Part shown: positions 16,992 through 24,757 of the stretch, in pieces | Numbering within the stretch: position 1 is the first letter of the stretch | Layout: each line of letters starts with the position of its first letter | Assembly: GCA_023136205.1 (NCBI GenBank) | Contig: JAGLRQ010000023.1 | Location: 18,419-50,418, forward strand | Length of the DNA: 32,000 nt | Reading direction: 5' to 3' | Source of the DNA: Candidatus Auribacterota bacterium | Lineage (GTDB): Bacteria > Auribacterota > UBA6266 | Translations under genes and position numbers: made by a program | Notes under the pieces: generated by a model | Databases searched by the model: none | Seen by the model: the letters and a program-made list of their open reading frames with translations, nothing else | What the model was told of the DNA's origin: nothing

Positions 16992-17724
16992 CTGCCTTCT
17001 CCATAAACATCAAATACTCGATATTCCCTGCCGGGCCTTTTAAAGGAGACTTAACAACACCCCTGACGTTAAACCCTTCCTTGCACGCAATATCTTTTAT
17101 CCTGTCAATAACTTTCAGCCTTACCTCCTCTGATCTTACAACACCGCCTTTAGAAACCTCAGTCCTCCCTGCCTCAAACTGAGGCTTTATCAACACAATA
17201 CATTTGCCCGACGGTTTCAGTAAACTATAAGAGACGGGTAATATTTTTTCAAGCGAAATAAAAGAAACATCCACTGTTACTAAATCTACAGGCTCACCGA
17301 TATCTTCAAGCTTCAAATAACGCGCATTGCAGCGCTCCATCACAACAACTCTTAAATCATTTCTTAAAACATAATCTAACTGGCCATAGCCAACATCTAC
17401 AGCATAAACCTTTAAGGCTTTGTGCTTTAAAAGACAATCCGTAAACCCTCCCGTTGAAGCCCCTATATCAACCGCAACAACACCGATAACATCAATATTA
17501 AATTTTTCTATAGCATGTTCAAGCTTAAAGCCGCCCCTGCTTGAATATTTAACTTCCTCTTTAACCTCTATTAAAGCATCCACAGCCGTAAGCTTTCCCG
17601 CTTTATCAACCATTACTCCGTTAACAAAAACACTTCCCCTGAGAACCAGGGCTTTAGCCTGAGATCTTGACTTAACAAGCCTCCGGCCAAAAAGCAAATT
17701 ATCTAAACGGTCTTTCTTTTTCAT
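16981..17724 (-). CDS. tlyA: TlyA-family rRNA 2'-O-methyltransferase (hemolysin A-like)
   Basis: 247 aa. N-terminal S4 domain (RLDNLL...SRSQAKALVLRGSVFVNG) plus an FtsJ-type SAM site (VDIGASTGGFTDCLL). Confidence 0.9.
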   Translation of the reverse strand: MKKKDRLDNLLFGRRLVKSRSQAKALVLRGSVFVNGVMVDKAGKLTAVDALIEVKEEVKYSSRGGFKLEHAIEKFNIDVIGVVAVDIGASTGGFTDCLLKHKALKVYAVDVGYGQLDYVLRNDLRVVVMERCNARYLKLEDIGEPVDLVTVDVSFISLEKILPVSYSLLKPSGKCIVLIKPQFEAGRTEVSKGGVVRSEEVRLKVIDRIKDIACKEGFNVRGVVKSPLKGPAGNIEYLMFMEKADEN

Positions 17725-17785
17725 ATATAGCTCTATAGCAGTATATTGCCACTTATGTCAAATGTTTTACTTAAAAAGGCGGGAA

Positions 17786-19651
17786 CTAATGGGGTACAAC
17801 AAGTGACTTCACTTTAGCCGCAATGCTTTCAGGAGCAAGCCCTGTGATATTATAAAGCTCCGCACAGCTGGCATGCTGTACAAACTCATCACCCAAAGCA
17901 ATATGCTTTATCAAATTAGAAAAGCCAAGCGACGAAGAAACCTCGGATATATACGAGCCAAAGCCGCCCCTTTCGACATTCTCTTCAAGCGTTACCACAG
18001 GCTTATTCTCTTTTAATATCCCGTTCAGCATTTCCACATCCAGAGGTTTTATGGAATAACAATCCACAAGTCCGACATCTATCCCCTCACTATTTAACAT
18101 CTTTACCGCCTCAAAAGCCGAACCGACAACAGAACCTGCCGCGAGGATATAGCCGTCTTTCCCTTCCTTAACAATCCCCCACTTACCGATCTCATATTTC
18201 ATTACGGGAACACCATTAGGAACAGAACCCTTCGGATATCTGACGGCACAGGGGCCTCCGCAATCTAAAGCCAACTTCAAAAGAGCTCTCAAAGCATCGC
18301 CGTTTGAAGGCGAAAGAACCATAAGATTCGGCAGCATTGAAAGATAAGTAATATCAAATACACCGTGATGAGTAGGCCCGTCCTCCCCAACCAAACCGGA
18401 ACGGTCCAGAGCAAACACAACAGGCAGATTCATAAGACAAACGTCATGAAATATCTGATCTATAGCCCTCTGTAAAAAAGTTGAATAAATAGCAACAACA
18501 GGTTTAAGGCCGCAGGCAGCAAGGCCCCCGGCAAAAGTTACAGCATGCTGTTCGGCTATACCAACATCAAAAAACCTCTCTGGGAATTTCTCTTTAAACC
18601 CGGTCAACCCCGTCCCAAGACACATCGCGGCGGTAATCGCGATAATCCTCTTATCTTTTTCAGCAAGCTTTACCAGCTCATCGCCAAAAACTTTAGTAAA
18701 GGTAGGAACTGATTTTTTCTTTACATTTTCACCGGTTTCAATTTCAAACGGCGCTGCTCCGTGAAACAGCTCAGGATGCTCCTCTGATATCCCATAACCC
18801 TTGCCCTTCTTTGTCACCACATGAACAATTAGGGGGCTGGAAATATTCTTAACATTTTTTATAGTCTTAATAAGCAGAGGTATATTGTGACCGTCAATAG
18901 GCCCGAAATACCTGAAACCTAATTCCTCAAACAAAGCACCGGGAACTATAAGGCTTTTAACCGCTTCCTCCACCCTTCGAGCGGCCGTAAGCATTTTTTT
19001 ACCTACCGTAGGAATCTTATCCACAACAGCTTCAATATCGTTTTTTAAGGTATTGTACAAAGGCGAAGTTATTATTTTATTAAGATAGTTTGACATAGCT
19101 CCTACACTGGGAGAAATCGCCATTTCATTGCCGTTGAGTATTACCATAACCCTTTTCCCGCTGGCTCCGATATTATTCATTGCTTCAAACGCCATCCCGC
19201 CGGTAAGAGCTCCGTCACCTATAACAGCAACCACATCATAATTTTCTTTTTTAAGATCCCTTGCCGCGGCCATCCCGGAAGCCGCGGAAATAGATGTACT
19301 CGCGTGCCCTGCCATAAAAGAGTCATATTCGCTTTCAGAGGGCTTGGGAAAACCGCTCAAACCGCCTTTTCTTCTTATTGTATGGAACTTATTTTTTCTT
19401 CCTGTCAGTATCTTATGGGCGTAAGCCTGATGCCCGACATCCCATACAATCTTGTCCCGCGGAGTGTTAAAAACATAATGCAGAGCAACAGTAAGCTCAA
19501 CAGTTCCGAGAGATGAGGCGAGATGTCCCCCGTTTTTGGAAACAACATCTATAATCAACGCCCTTATCTCGGAACAAAGTTCTTCAAGCTTTTCTATTTT
19601 TATGTTTTTCAAATCAGCAGGAGAATTGACCTGTTCAAGTATTTTTGACAT
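17786..19651 (-). CDS. dxs: 1-deoxy-D-xylulose-5-phosphate synthase
   Basis: 621 aa. GGHLASSLGTVELTVALHYVF, GDGALTGGMAFEA (TPP motif) and a transketolase-like C-terminal half. Confidence 0.97.
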   Translation of the reverse strand: MSKILEQVNSPADLKNIKIEKLEELCSEIRALIIDVVSKNGGHLASSLGTVELTVALHYVFNTPRDKIVWDVGHQAYAHKILTGRKNKFHTIRRKGGLSGFPKPSESEYDSFMAGHASTSISAASGMAAARDLKKENYDVVAVIGDGALTGGMAFEAMNNIGASGKRVMVILNGNEMAISPSVGAMSNYLNKIITSPLYNTLKNDIEAVVDKIPTVGKKMLTAARRVEEAVKSLIVPGALFEELGFRYFGPIDGHNIPLLIKTIKNVKNISSPLIVHVVTKKGKGYGISEEHPELFHGAAPFEIETGENVKKKSVPTFTKVFGDELVKLAEKDKRIIAITAAMCLGTGLTGFKEKFPERFFDVGIAEQHAVTFAGGLAACGLKPVVAIYSTFLQRAIDQIFHDVCLMNLPVVFALDRSGLVGEDGPTHHGVFDITYLSMLPNLMVLSPSNGDALRALLKLALDCGGPCAVRYPKGSVPNGVPVMKYEIGKWGIVKEGKDGYILAAGSVVGSAFEAVKMLNSEGIDVGLVDCYSIKPLDVEMLNGILKENKPVVTLEENVERGGFGSYISEVSSSLGFSNLIKHIALGDEFVQHASCAELYNITGLAPESIAAKVKSLVVPH

Positions 19652-19667
19652 CTAAAGCTTCCCTGTA

Positions 19668-19931
19668 TTATTTGCTTTTTTTTCTGATTGATGTATCAAC
19701 CTGAGGAGAATCATTTTTCTTACACTCTTCAAAAGGAACTTTTTTCTTCCCGACAAACATCTCTATCTTGTTTTCAGCTTTAGAAAGCTCTTCACCGCAA
19801 AAATTAATCAGCTTCATTCCCTCTTCATACTTGCCCGTCAGTTCTTCAAGAGACAACTCATCTTTCTCAAATTGTTCTACAATCTTCTCAAGTTTTTTTA
19901 GCGCTGCTTCAAATTTTATTTTTGGAGCCAT
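19668..19931 (-). CDS. xseB: exodeoxyribonuclease VII small subunit
   Basis: 87 aa. FEAALKKLEKIVEQFEKDELSLEE signature. Sits immediately downstream of xseA. Confidence 0.9.
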   Translation of the reverse strand: MAPKIKFEAALKKLEKIVEQFEKDELSLEELTGKYEEGMKLINFCGEELSKAENKIEMFVGKKKVPFEECKKNDSPQVDTSIRKKSK

Positions 19932-19935
19932 TTTT

Positions 19936-21129
19936 TTACTCCTTTAACACCCTCGAAACTATTTCTCCTTCATAGAGCTTTGTTGTTATTTTCTGGTCCG
20001 CTTTCACCTGATTAAACGCCCTGACAATCTTTCCGCCGGCAAAAGTAATACTAAAACCCCTCTTTAAAACCGAACAGGGATTTAAAGAGTTAAGATGATT
20101 TAAAACACCAGCTAATCTCTCTTTTAACATACCTAATTTATACCTCAGAGCTTTATACATTATATCAGAATAATCATCAAGTCTTTGTTGATACTGATAA
20201 AGCATTTCCTGCGGAGCGGTGAACAGCCTGCTCTGGCTTAACCTCAACAAAACCTCTCTTCTTCTTTCAGACTCAACCTTTATATATTTTTTAAGATAGG
20301 ATTTATAAAAAGATATTTTATCAATAAGCTCAAGCTTGTCAGCAACAATAAGCTCAGCGGCAGCGGAAGGAGTTGAAGCCCTCAAATCAGCCACAAAATC
20401 CGAAATGGTAAAATCTATCTCATGGCCGACAGCGGAAACAACCGGTATAGGGGAATGATAAATGGCCTCTGCAACCTCTCTTTCATTAAACGGCCAAAGA
20501 TCTTCTATGCTTCCTCCCCCCCTTGTAATAACAATAAGTTCCAGGCCTTTAATTTTATTTAATTCGTGGATCGCTCCGGAAATTTCAGAAGAAGCTCCCA
20601 GCCCCTGAACCCGGACGGGTTTTATCAGAACGTTAATTCCCGCAGACCTTCTCCGTGTCACATTAAGAAAATCCTGTATAGCAGCCCCGGTAGGAGATGT
20701 TACAACACCGATATTCTTCGCAAACCGCGGAACAGGCCTTTTTCTGTCAAAATAACCTTTTTGTTGAAGTTCATCCTTAAGCTTTTCAAAGGCAGCATGA
20801 AGAGAACCCACACCTTTTTCTTCAATCTGAGCAATATTTATCTGGTAAGACCCACCCCTTTCATAAACGGAAACAGAACCAAAAACCAATACCCTCATCC
20901 CGTTGGCCAGCCGCGTAGAAAGATACCGGGCATACCCTCTGTATATAACGCCCTGTATCTGAGCATTACCGTCTTTTAAAGTAATGTATATGTGGCCGGA
21001 TGCAGGCTGTCTGTAATTAGAAACCTCGCCTTCCATCCAGACAGCAGGAAAAGATTCTTCAAGGATTGTTCTTATACCCCTGGTAATTTCTGTAACCGAA
21101 TATGGCTCTTCAAATGAATTTCCTTTCAT
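19936..21129 (-). CDS. xseA: exodeoxyribonuclease VII large subunit
   Basis: 397 aa. N-terminal OB-fold (VWMEGEVSNYRQPASGHIYITLKD), catalytic core (IGVVTSPTGAAIQD, RGGGSIEDLWPFN) and a coiled-coil tail. Confidence 0.92.
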   Translation of the reverse strand: MKGNSFEEPYSVTEITRGIRTILEESFPAVWMEGEVSNYRQPASGHIYITLKDGNAQIQGVIYRGYARYLSTRLANGMRVLVFGSVSVYERGGSYQINIAQIEEKGVGSLHAAFEKLKDELQQKGYFDRKRPVPRFAKNIGVVTSPTGAAIQDFLNVTRRRSAGINVLIKPVRVQGLGASSEISGAIHELNKIKGLELIVITRGGGSIEDLWPFNEREVAEAIYHSPIPVVSAVGHEIDFTISDFVADLRASTPSAAAELIVADKLELIDKISFYKSYLKKYIKVESERRREVLLRLSQSRLFTAPQEMLYQYQQRLDDYSDIMYKALRYKLGMLKERLAGVLNHLNSLNPCSVLKRGFSITFAGGKIVRAFNQVKADQKITTKLYEGEIVSRVLKE

Positions 21130-21139
21130 TCCTTTTTCC

Positions 21140-21167
21140 CGTCATGCTGAACTTGTTTCAGCATCTT
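21140..21167. repeat. 28-bp direct repeat copy 1 (palindromic hairpin element)
   Basis: cgtcatgctgaacttgtttcagcatctt is identical to 21358-21385. It contains an 8-bp stem, atgctgaa/ttcagcat. Confidence 0.9.
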
Positions 21168-21194
21168 CTCTTTCTTTATATTCTGCACTTCTGA

Positions 21195-21218
21195 GATCCC
21201 GAAACAAGTCCTGGATGA
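21195..21218. repeat. degenerate, inverted copy of the same palindromic repeat family
   Basis: gatcccgaaacaagtcctggatgac compared with the reverse complement of the 28-bp repeat, gatgctgaaacaagttcagcatgacg. They share the gaaacaag core and the gat...gatgac/gcatgac flanks. Confidence 0.5.
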
Positions 21219-21357
21219 CATTTTGCATAGTCCTGGATGACATTTTGCATAGTCCAGGGTGACATTTTGCATAGTTCGGGATGACATTTTGCATAGTTCA
21301 GGGTGACATTTTGCATAATTCGGGATGCCATTTTACATAGTTCTGGGTGACATTTTT
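21211..21357. repeat. tandem repeat, 6.5 copies of a 22-bp unit
   Basis: Units start at 21211, 21233, 21255, 21277, 21299, 21321 and 21343 (partial): ctggatgacattttgcatagtc x2, cagggtgacattttgcatagtt, cgggatgacattttgcatagtt, cagggtgacattttgcataatt, cgggatgccattttacatagtt, ctgggtgacattttt. Confidence 0.9.
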
Positions 21358-21385
21358 CGTCATGCTGAACTTGTTTCAGCATCTT
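21358..21385. repeat. 28-bp direct repeat copy 2 (overlaps the 3' end of the epimerase CDS)
   Basis: Identical to 21140-21167. It encodes the last residues (...KDAETSSA*) of ORF 21360-22340. Confidence 0.9.
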
Positions 21386-22340
21386 TCCTCCTTCTCTCAC
21401 TGCTTTTAATCCATTCAACAAATCTTCTTACACCTTCTTCTATGCTTACTTTCGGATAATAATTTAACTCTTTTGAAGCTTTTGTAATATCGGCAAAGGT
21501 TCTTTCCACGTCACCTTCCTGCTTACTCGCAAACTTTATCTTTGCCTCTTTCCCCACAGCTTTCTCAATAATCTTAACAAGGTCAAGGATGTTAACAGGA
21601 CTGGAATCTCCCAGGTTAAATATCTCAAAGTCAAAATCTTTATCAATAACAGCAATTACCCCGTCAATAATATCATCTATATAGGTATAATCTCTTGAGG
21701 AAGAACCTAACCCAAAAATCTCTATTTGTTTGCCGCTGATAATCCTGCGTATAAATTTATGAATAGCCATCTCAGGCCTCTGTCTCGGGCCGTAAACCGT
21801 AAAAAACCTCAGACAGGCTGATTTAATACCGTAGTCCTTCCAGTACTTCCTGCATATTTCCTCACCGCGAAGCTTGGTAAAACCATATGGAGATGCAGGG
21901 GCCAAAGGAGACATATCCTCCGAAAAAGGAACTTCGGGATAGTTTCCATAAACCGACGAAGACGAGGCGGACACAATCTTTTTACAATCCGCGTCCCGGC
22001 AAGCCTCAAGTATATTGGTTGTCCCTCCAACATTAACTTCTTTATAAAGCTCGGGCTCTATAATAGAAGGCCTCACACCGGCCCGGGCCGCAAAGTGAAC
22101 AACACAATCAAATCCACCCGCACAAATAATCTTTTTTATTTTTTCAAAATCCCTTATATCAGTTTCAACCAATTTATACGACCCATTATCCAAAAAAGAT
22201 TTTATATTTTTTCTTTTAACGGCAGGGTCATAAAAATCATTGAAATTATCAACACAGACAATTTTATCGCCCCTTCTTAATAACCTTTCCGTAAGAGATG
22301 ATCCTATAAACCCGGCGGCGCCGGTAATCAAATATTTCAT
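21360..22340 (-). CDS. NAD-dependent nucleotide-sugar epimerase/dehydratase (UDP-glucuronate 4-epimerase-like SDR)
   Basis: 326 aa. YLITGAAGFIGS Rossmann motif and a YxxxK catalytic motif (SPYGFTKLRGE). Extended-SDR architecture. Confidence 0.9.
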   Translation of the reverse strand: MKYLITGAAGFIGSSLTERLLRRGDKIVCVDNFNDFYDPAVKRKNIKSFLDNGSYKLVETDIRDFEKIKKIICAGGFDCVVHFAARAGVRPSIIEPELYKEVNVGGTTNILEACRDADCKKIVSASSSSVYGNYPEVPFSEDMSPLAPASPYGFTKLRGEEICRKYWKDYGIKSACLRFFTVYGPRQRPEMAIHKFIRRIISGKQIEIFGLGSSSRDYTYIDDIIDGVIAVIDKDFDFEIFNLGDSSPVNILDLVKIIEKAVGKEAKIKFASKQEGDVERTFADITKASKELNYYPKVSIEEGVRRFVEWIKSSERRRKDAETSSA

Positions 22341-22353
22341 TATCCTCTCCTGT

Positions 22354-23670
22354 TCACCATTTTATAATACGGAAATCATTACGGCTTATCGCATCCGCTT
22401 CTTCTTCAGTAATCCATCGCTCAGCATATTCAGGGCCATAAGAATCTGATATCGCGATTTCCTTTGTTTTTTTATTATATCCGATTATTAGGCATACATG
22501 CCCGGCTTTTAATTTATCGATTATCATTCGCTTCGCGGATTTACGAACGGGTTTTAATTGCTCAATCCATTTATCCCAGTCTGAAACAGTTAAACGTTTT
22601 TTCGATCTTCGTGTAATCTCGTAATTTCTTTCTTCCCCGGAAAACATACTCCACATTACGGGCAATCCTTTATCTATATATTTTGAGAACTTATGCGCTT
22701 TTATTGAATAAAAACTAACTTGTTGAATGCTTCGGCGGTTTTTACGCACCAACTGTTCCGCGCCTTTAGCCATTGCGTCAACAGAAGTACCGCCTGTAAC
22801 CCCGGTGTCTCCCGCCATGGCAAGAACGTACATATCAGCAGGGATGCCAACATACCTCAGGTACCTTTCCCAGGTGGCAGGAACACAATAACCCTTCTCT
22901 CCCTGATTTACCATGGGGATACCTGTAATGATGACATCCCCGTTTTTTCTTCTCTTTACACGTTTTTCAAGAATTTCCCGGAGTTTGATATCCGATATTT
23001 TGTCAGGCTTTCCCATAGCATCCGCGACTTCAGCCGGCACTATCCGAAGAGCCACATATTCATTCTCCTGCATAGACAGAAGAATTGAATGCCCGTTCCA
23101 ATTCCATCTCTCAACTGCTTCCCCGACAGCTTTACCCTGCCCGAATTTATCTGTCTTGCTTTTTCCCAGTACTGATATTAGTTTTTCCCTGAGTTTTTTA
23201 CCGTCTTCAATTATTATTTTATTATAGTTTCGCCAGTTTACGCCGGAGCCGCTGAAAAGCTCTTTTATATCTCCTTTATTGGCAAAAACGATAGAGATAC
23301 ACGCGGCCTTTCCATCTTTAGCGTAAAGAGCAAAAGAATAAGCTCTTGCCCCCAGAATCAGATCCTGTTTCGACGGATACCGCCTGAAACTGGACTCTTC
23401 CGAGATAAAAAATTTTTCTTCCGGCATCAGCCTCTTTAGAAGAGGGCTGAGATTTTTGCTGTCTTCTTTTTTATCATTATTCCATAAAGTTCTGGATTCT
23501 TCCTTAAGATTAAGCCTTTTTGCTGCCTTGCTGTCATTGTCATCCCAAAGTGAATCGTCCTGCCATATCTGAACATCAAAGGCTTCATTAAGCGATTCCC
23601 AACCGGGTTCCGCGTAACAAAAACCAAAAAAAGTAAAAATCAAAAAAAACAACAGACAGTTTTTATTCAT
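22354..23670 (-). CDS. secreted protein with C-terminal papain-like (C39-like) cysteine peptidase domain; N-terminal ~250 aa of unknown function
   Basis: The track ORF starts at 23697, but ATG at 23668-23670 (MNKNCLLFFLIFTFFGFCYA signal peptide) overlaps the pgpA stop as ATGA. The C-terminal half has VNQGEKGYCVPATWERYL (Q...C), GLPVMW, and GHVCLIIGYN...IAISDSYG (H...D), resembling Peptidase_C39_2-type domains. Confidence 0.65.
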   Translation of the reverse strand: MNKNCLLFFLIFTFFGFCYAEPGWESLNEAFDVQIWQDDSLWDDNDSKAAKRLNLKEESRTLWNNDKKEDSKNLSPLLKRLMPEEKFFISEESSFRRYPSKQDLILGARAYSFALYAKDGKAACISIVFANKGDIKELFSGSGVNWRNYNKIIIEDGKKLREKLISVLGKSKTDKFGQGKAVGEAVERWNWNGHSILLSMQENEYVALRIVPAEVADAMGKPDKISDIKLREILEKRVKRRKNGDVIITGIPMVNQGEKGYCVPATWERYLRYVGIPADMYVLAMAGDTGVTGGTSVDAMAKGAEQLVRKNRRSIQQVSFYSIKAHKFSKYIDKGLPVMWSMFSGEERNYEITRRSKKRLTVSDWDKWIEQLKPVRKSAKRMIIDKLKAGHVCLIIGYNKKTKEIAISDSYGPEYAERWITEEEADAISRNDFRIIKW

Positions 23671-24128
23671 AAGGAAAAACCCCAGATAATCATCCATAAA
23701 ACCATGTTAGAATAAATCCCCGCCAGAATATCATCTAACATAATCCCCCCGGAACCCTTTATAGACTGTAATTTATCAATCCCCAGCGGCTTTACAACAT
23801 CAAAAAACCTGTTAAGGAAAAACCCCAGCAAAAACAATAACCAGAAAAACTTTCTTTCAGGATATATGCAAAACATTGTAACATACGCGCTGACCACCTC
23901 ATCAATGACTATACACCCGGGATCTTTTTCATTAAGCTCATTTTCAACTTTACCCGAAACAATAAACCCCAAAACAGCAAGCACACCGAAAACAACAGCT
24001 TGTATTAGCCGGTTACCGGAAGTTAAATAGAAAATAATAAAACCTGCCAGAGCACCCAGCGTTCCGGGCGCGGGAGGAACATACCCGACACCGAAAAAGG
24101 TAGCTATGAGCCTGTTTAATCTTTTCAG
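23667..24128 (-). CDS. pgpA: phosphatidylglycerophosphatase A (start extended beyond the track ORF; probable CTG start)
   Basis: Track ORF 23667-23984 carries IVIDEV, FDVVKPLGI and GGIMLDDILAG motifs. The in-frame upstream sequence encodes LKRLNRLIATFFGVGYVPPAPGTLGALAGF (conserved PgpA N-terminus), open up to a TAA at 24144-24146. There is no ATG/GTG/TTG in frame. CTG at 24126-24128 lies 7 nt after AAGGAG (24136-24141). Confidence 0.8.
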   Translation of the reverse strand: MKRLNRLIATFFGVGYVPPAPGTLGALAGFIIFYLTSGNRLIQAVVFGVLAVLGFIVSGKVENELNEKDPGCIVIDEVVSAYVTMFCIYPERKFFWLLFLLGFFLNRFFDVVKPLGIDKLQSIKGSGGIMLDDILAGIYSNMVLWMIIWGFSL

Positions 24129-24139
24129 AGGAACACTCC

Positions 24140-24751
24140 TTAATTAAGGAATAAATCTTTATTATCCCTAAGGTAGAAAAACCCGGAGAGCAATGATAAA
24201 ATCATCGCGATGAATACCAGAAAAAACGAGACAAAAGCGAAATAATAATCTACCCTGTTGTCCCAACTGAAAAATGTGGTTAAAACCTCTTTCGCGGCAA
24301 GAAACAGAAGTATTGTGGATATCGCGACTATCTGTGAAATTATTTTATGCTTGCCCCCTTTGCCCGCGGATATCACTTTACCCTTTGAAGCGGCAAGCAA
24401 ACGTATACCCGTAACGGCAAACTCTCTTCCTATTATCACCACAACCATCCATGCCGGAACGAAATACCTTACAATGCCATTCATAGCCACCCTGGTATCA
24501 GGCATCTGGACAAAAGAAATCAAGGCCGCTGAAATAAGAATTTTATCGGCAAGAGGATCTATGAGTTTACCAAAGTTGGTAACAATATTTCTCTCTCTCG
24601 CTATCTTTCCATCATAAAAATCTGTCAAGCAAGCAACAGCAAAAAGAACAAAGGCCATTACACCCTTAAGAGGAATTGAAGAAACCAGAACACCCATAAA
24701 TATAAATGCTACAATAATTCTTACCATGGTCAGTTTATTAGGAATATTCAT
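24140..24751 (-). CDS. pgsA: CDP-diacylglycerol--glycerol-3-phosphate 3-phosphatidyltransferase
   Basis: 203 aa. NKLTMVRI N-terminus and DFYDGKIARERNIVTNFGKLIDPLADK motif. Sits directly upstream of pgpA. Confidence 0.85.
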   Translation of the reverse strand: MNIPNKLTMVRIIVAFIFMGVLVSSIPLKGVMAFVLFAVACLTDFYDGKIARERNIVTNFGKLIDPLADKILISAALISFVQMPDTRVAMNGIVRYFVPAWMVVVIIGREFAVTGIRLLAASKGKVISAGKGGKHKIISQIVAISTILLFLAAKEVLTTFFSWDNRVDYYFAFVSFFLVFIAMILSLLSGFFYLRDNKDLFLN

Positions 24752-24757
24752 AGTTAT

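Noticed and set aside
21211-21357. 22-bp repeats as a possible CRISPR array.
   Set aside because: The units are contiguous head-to-tail with no spacers, there is no cas gene in the window, and the unit is shorter than typical CRISPR repeats. It is a plain tandem repeat.
21176-21421. 81-aa minus-strand ORF (MLNGLKAVREGGKMLKQVQHDEKCHPEL...).
   Set aside because: Its sequence is simply the translation of the palindromic and 22-bp tandem repeats, giving a periodic CHPELCKM/YAKCHP pattern. It also overlaps the epimerase 3' end, so it is an artefact of repeat DNA.
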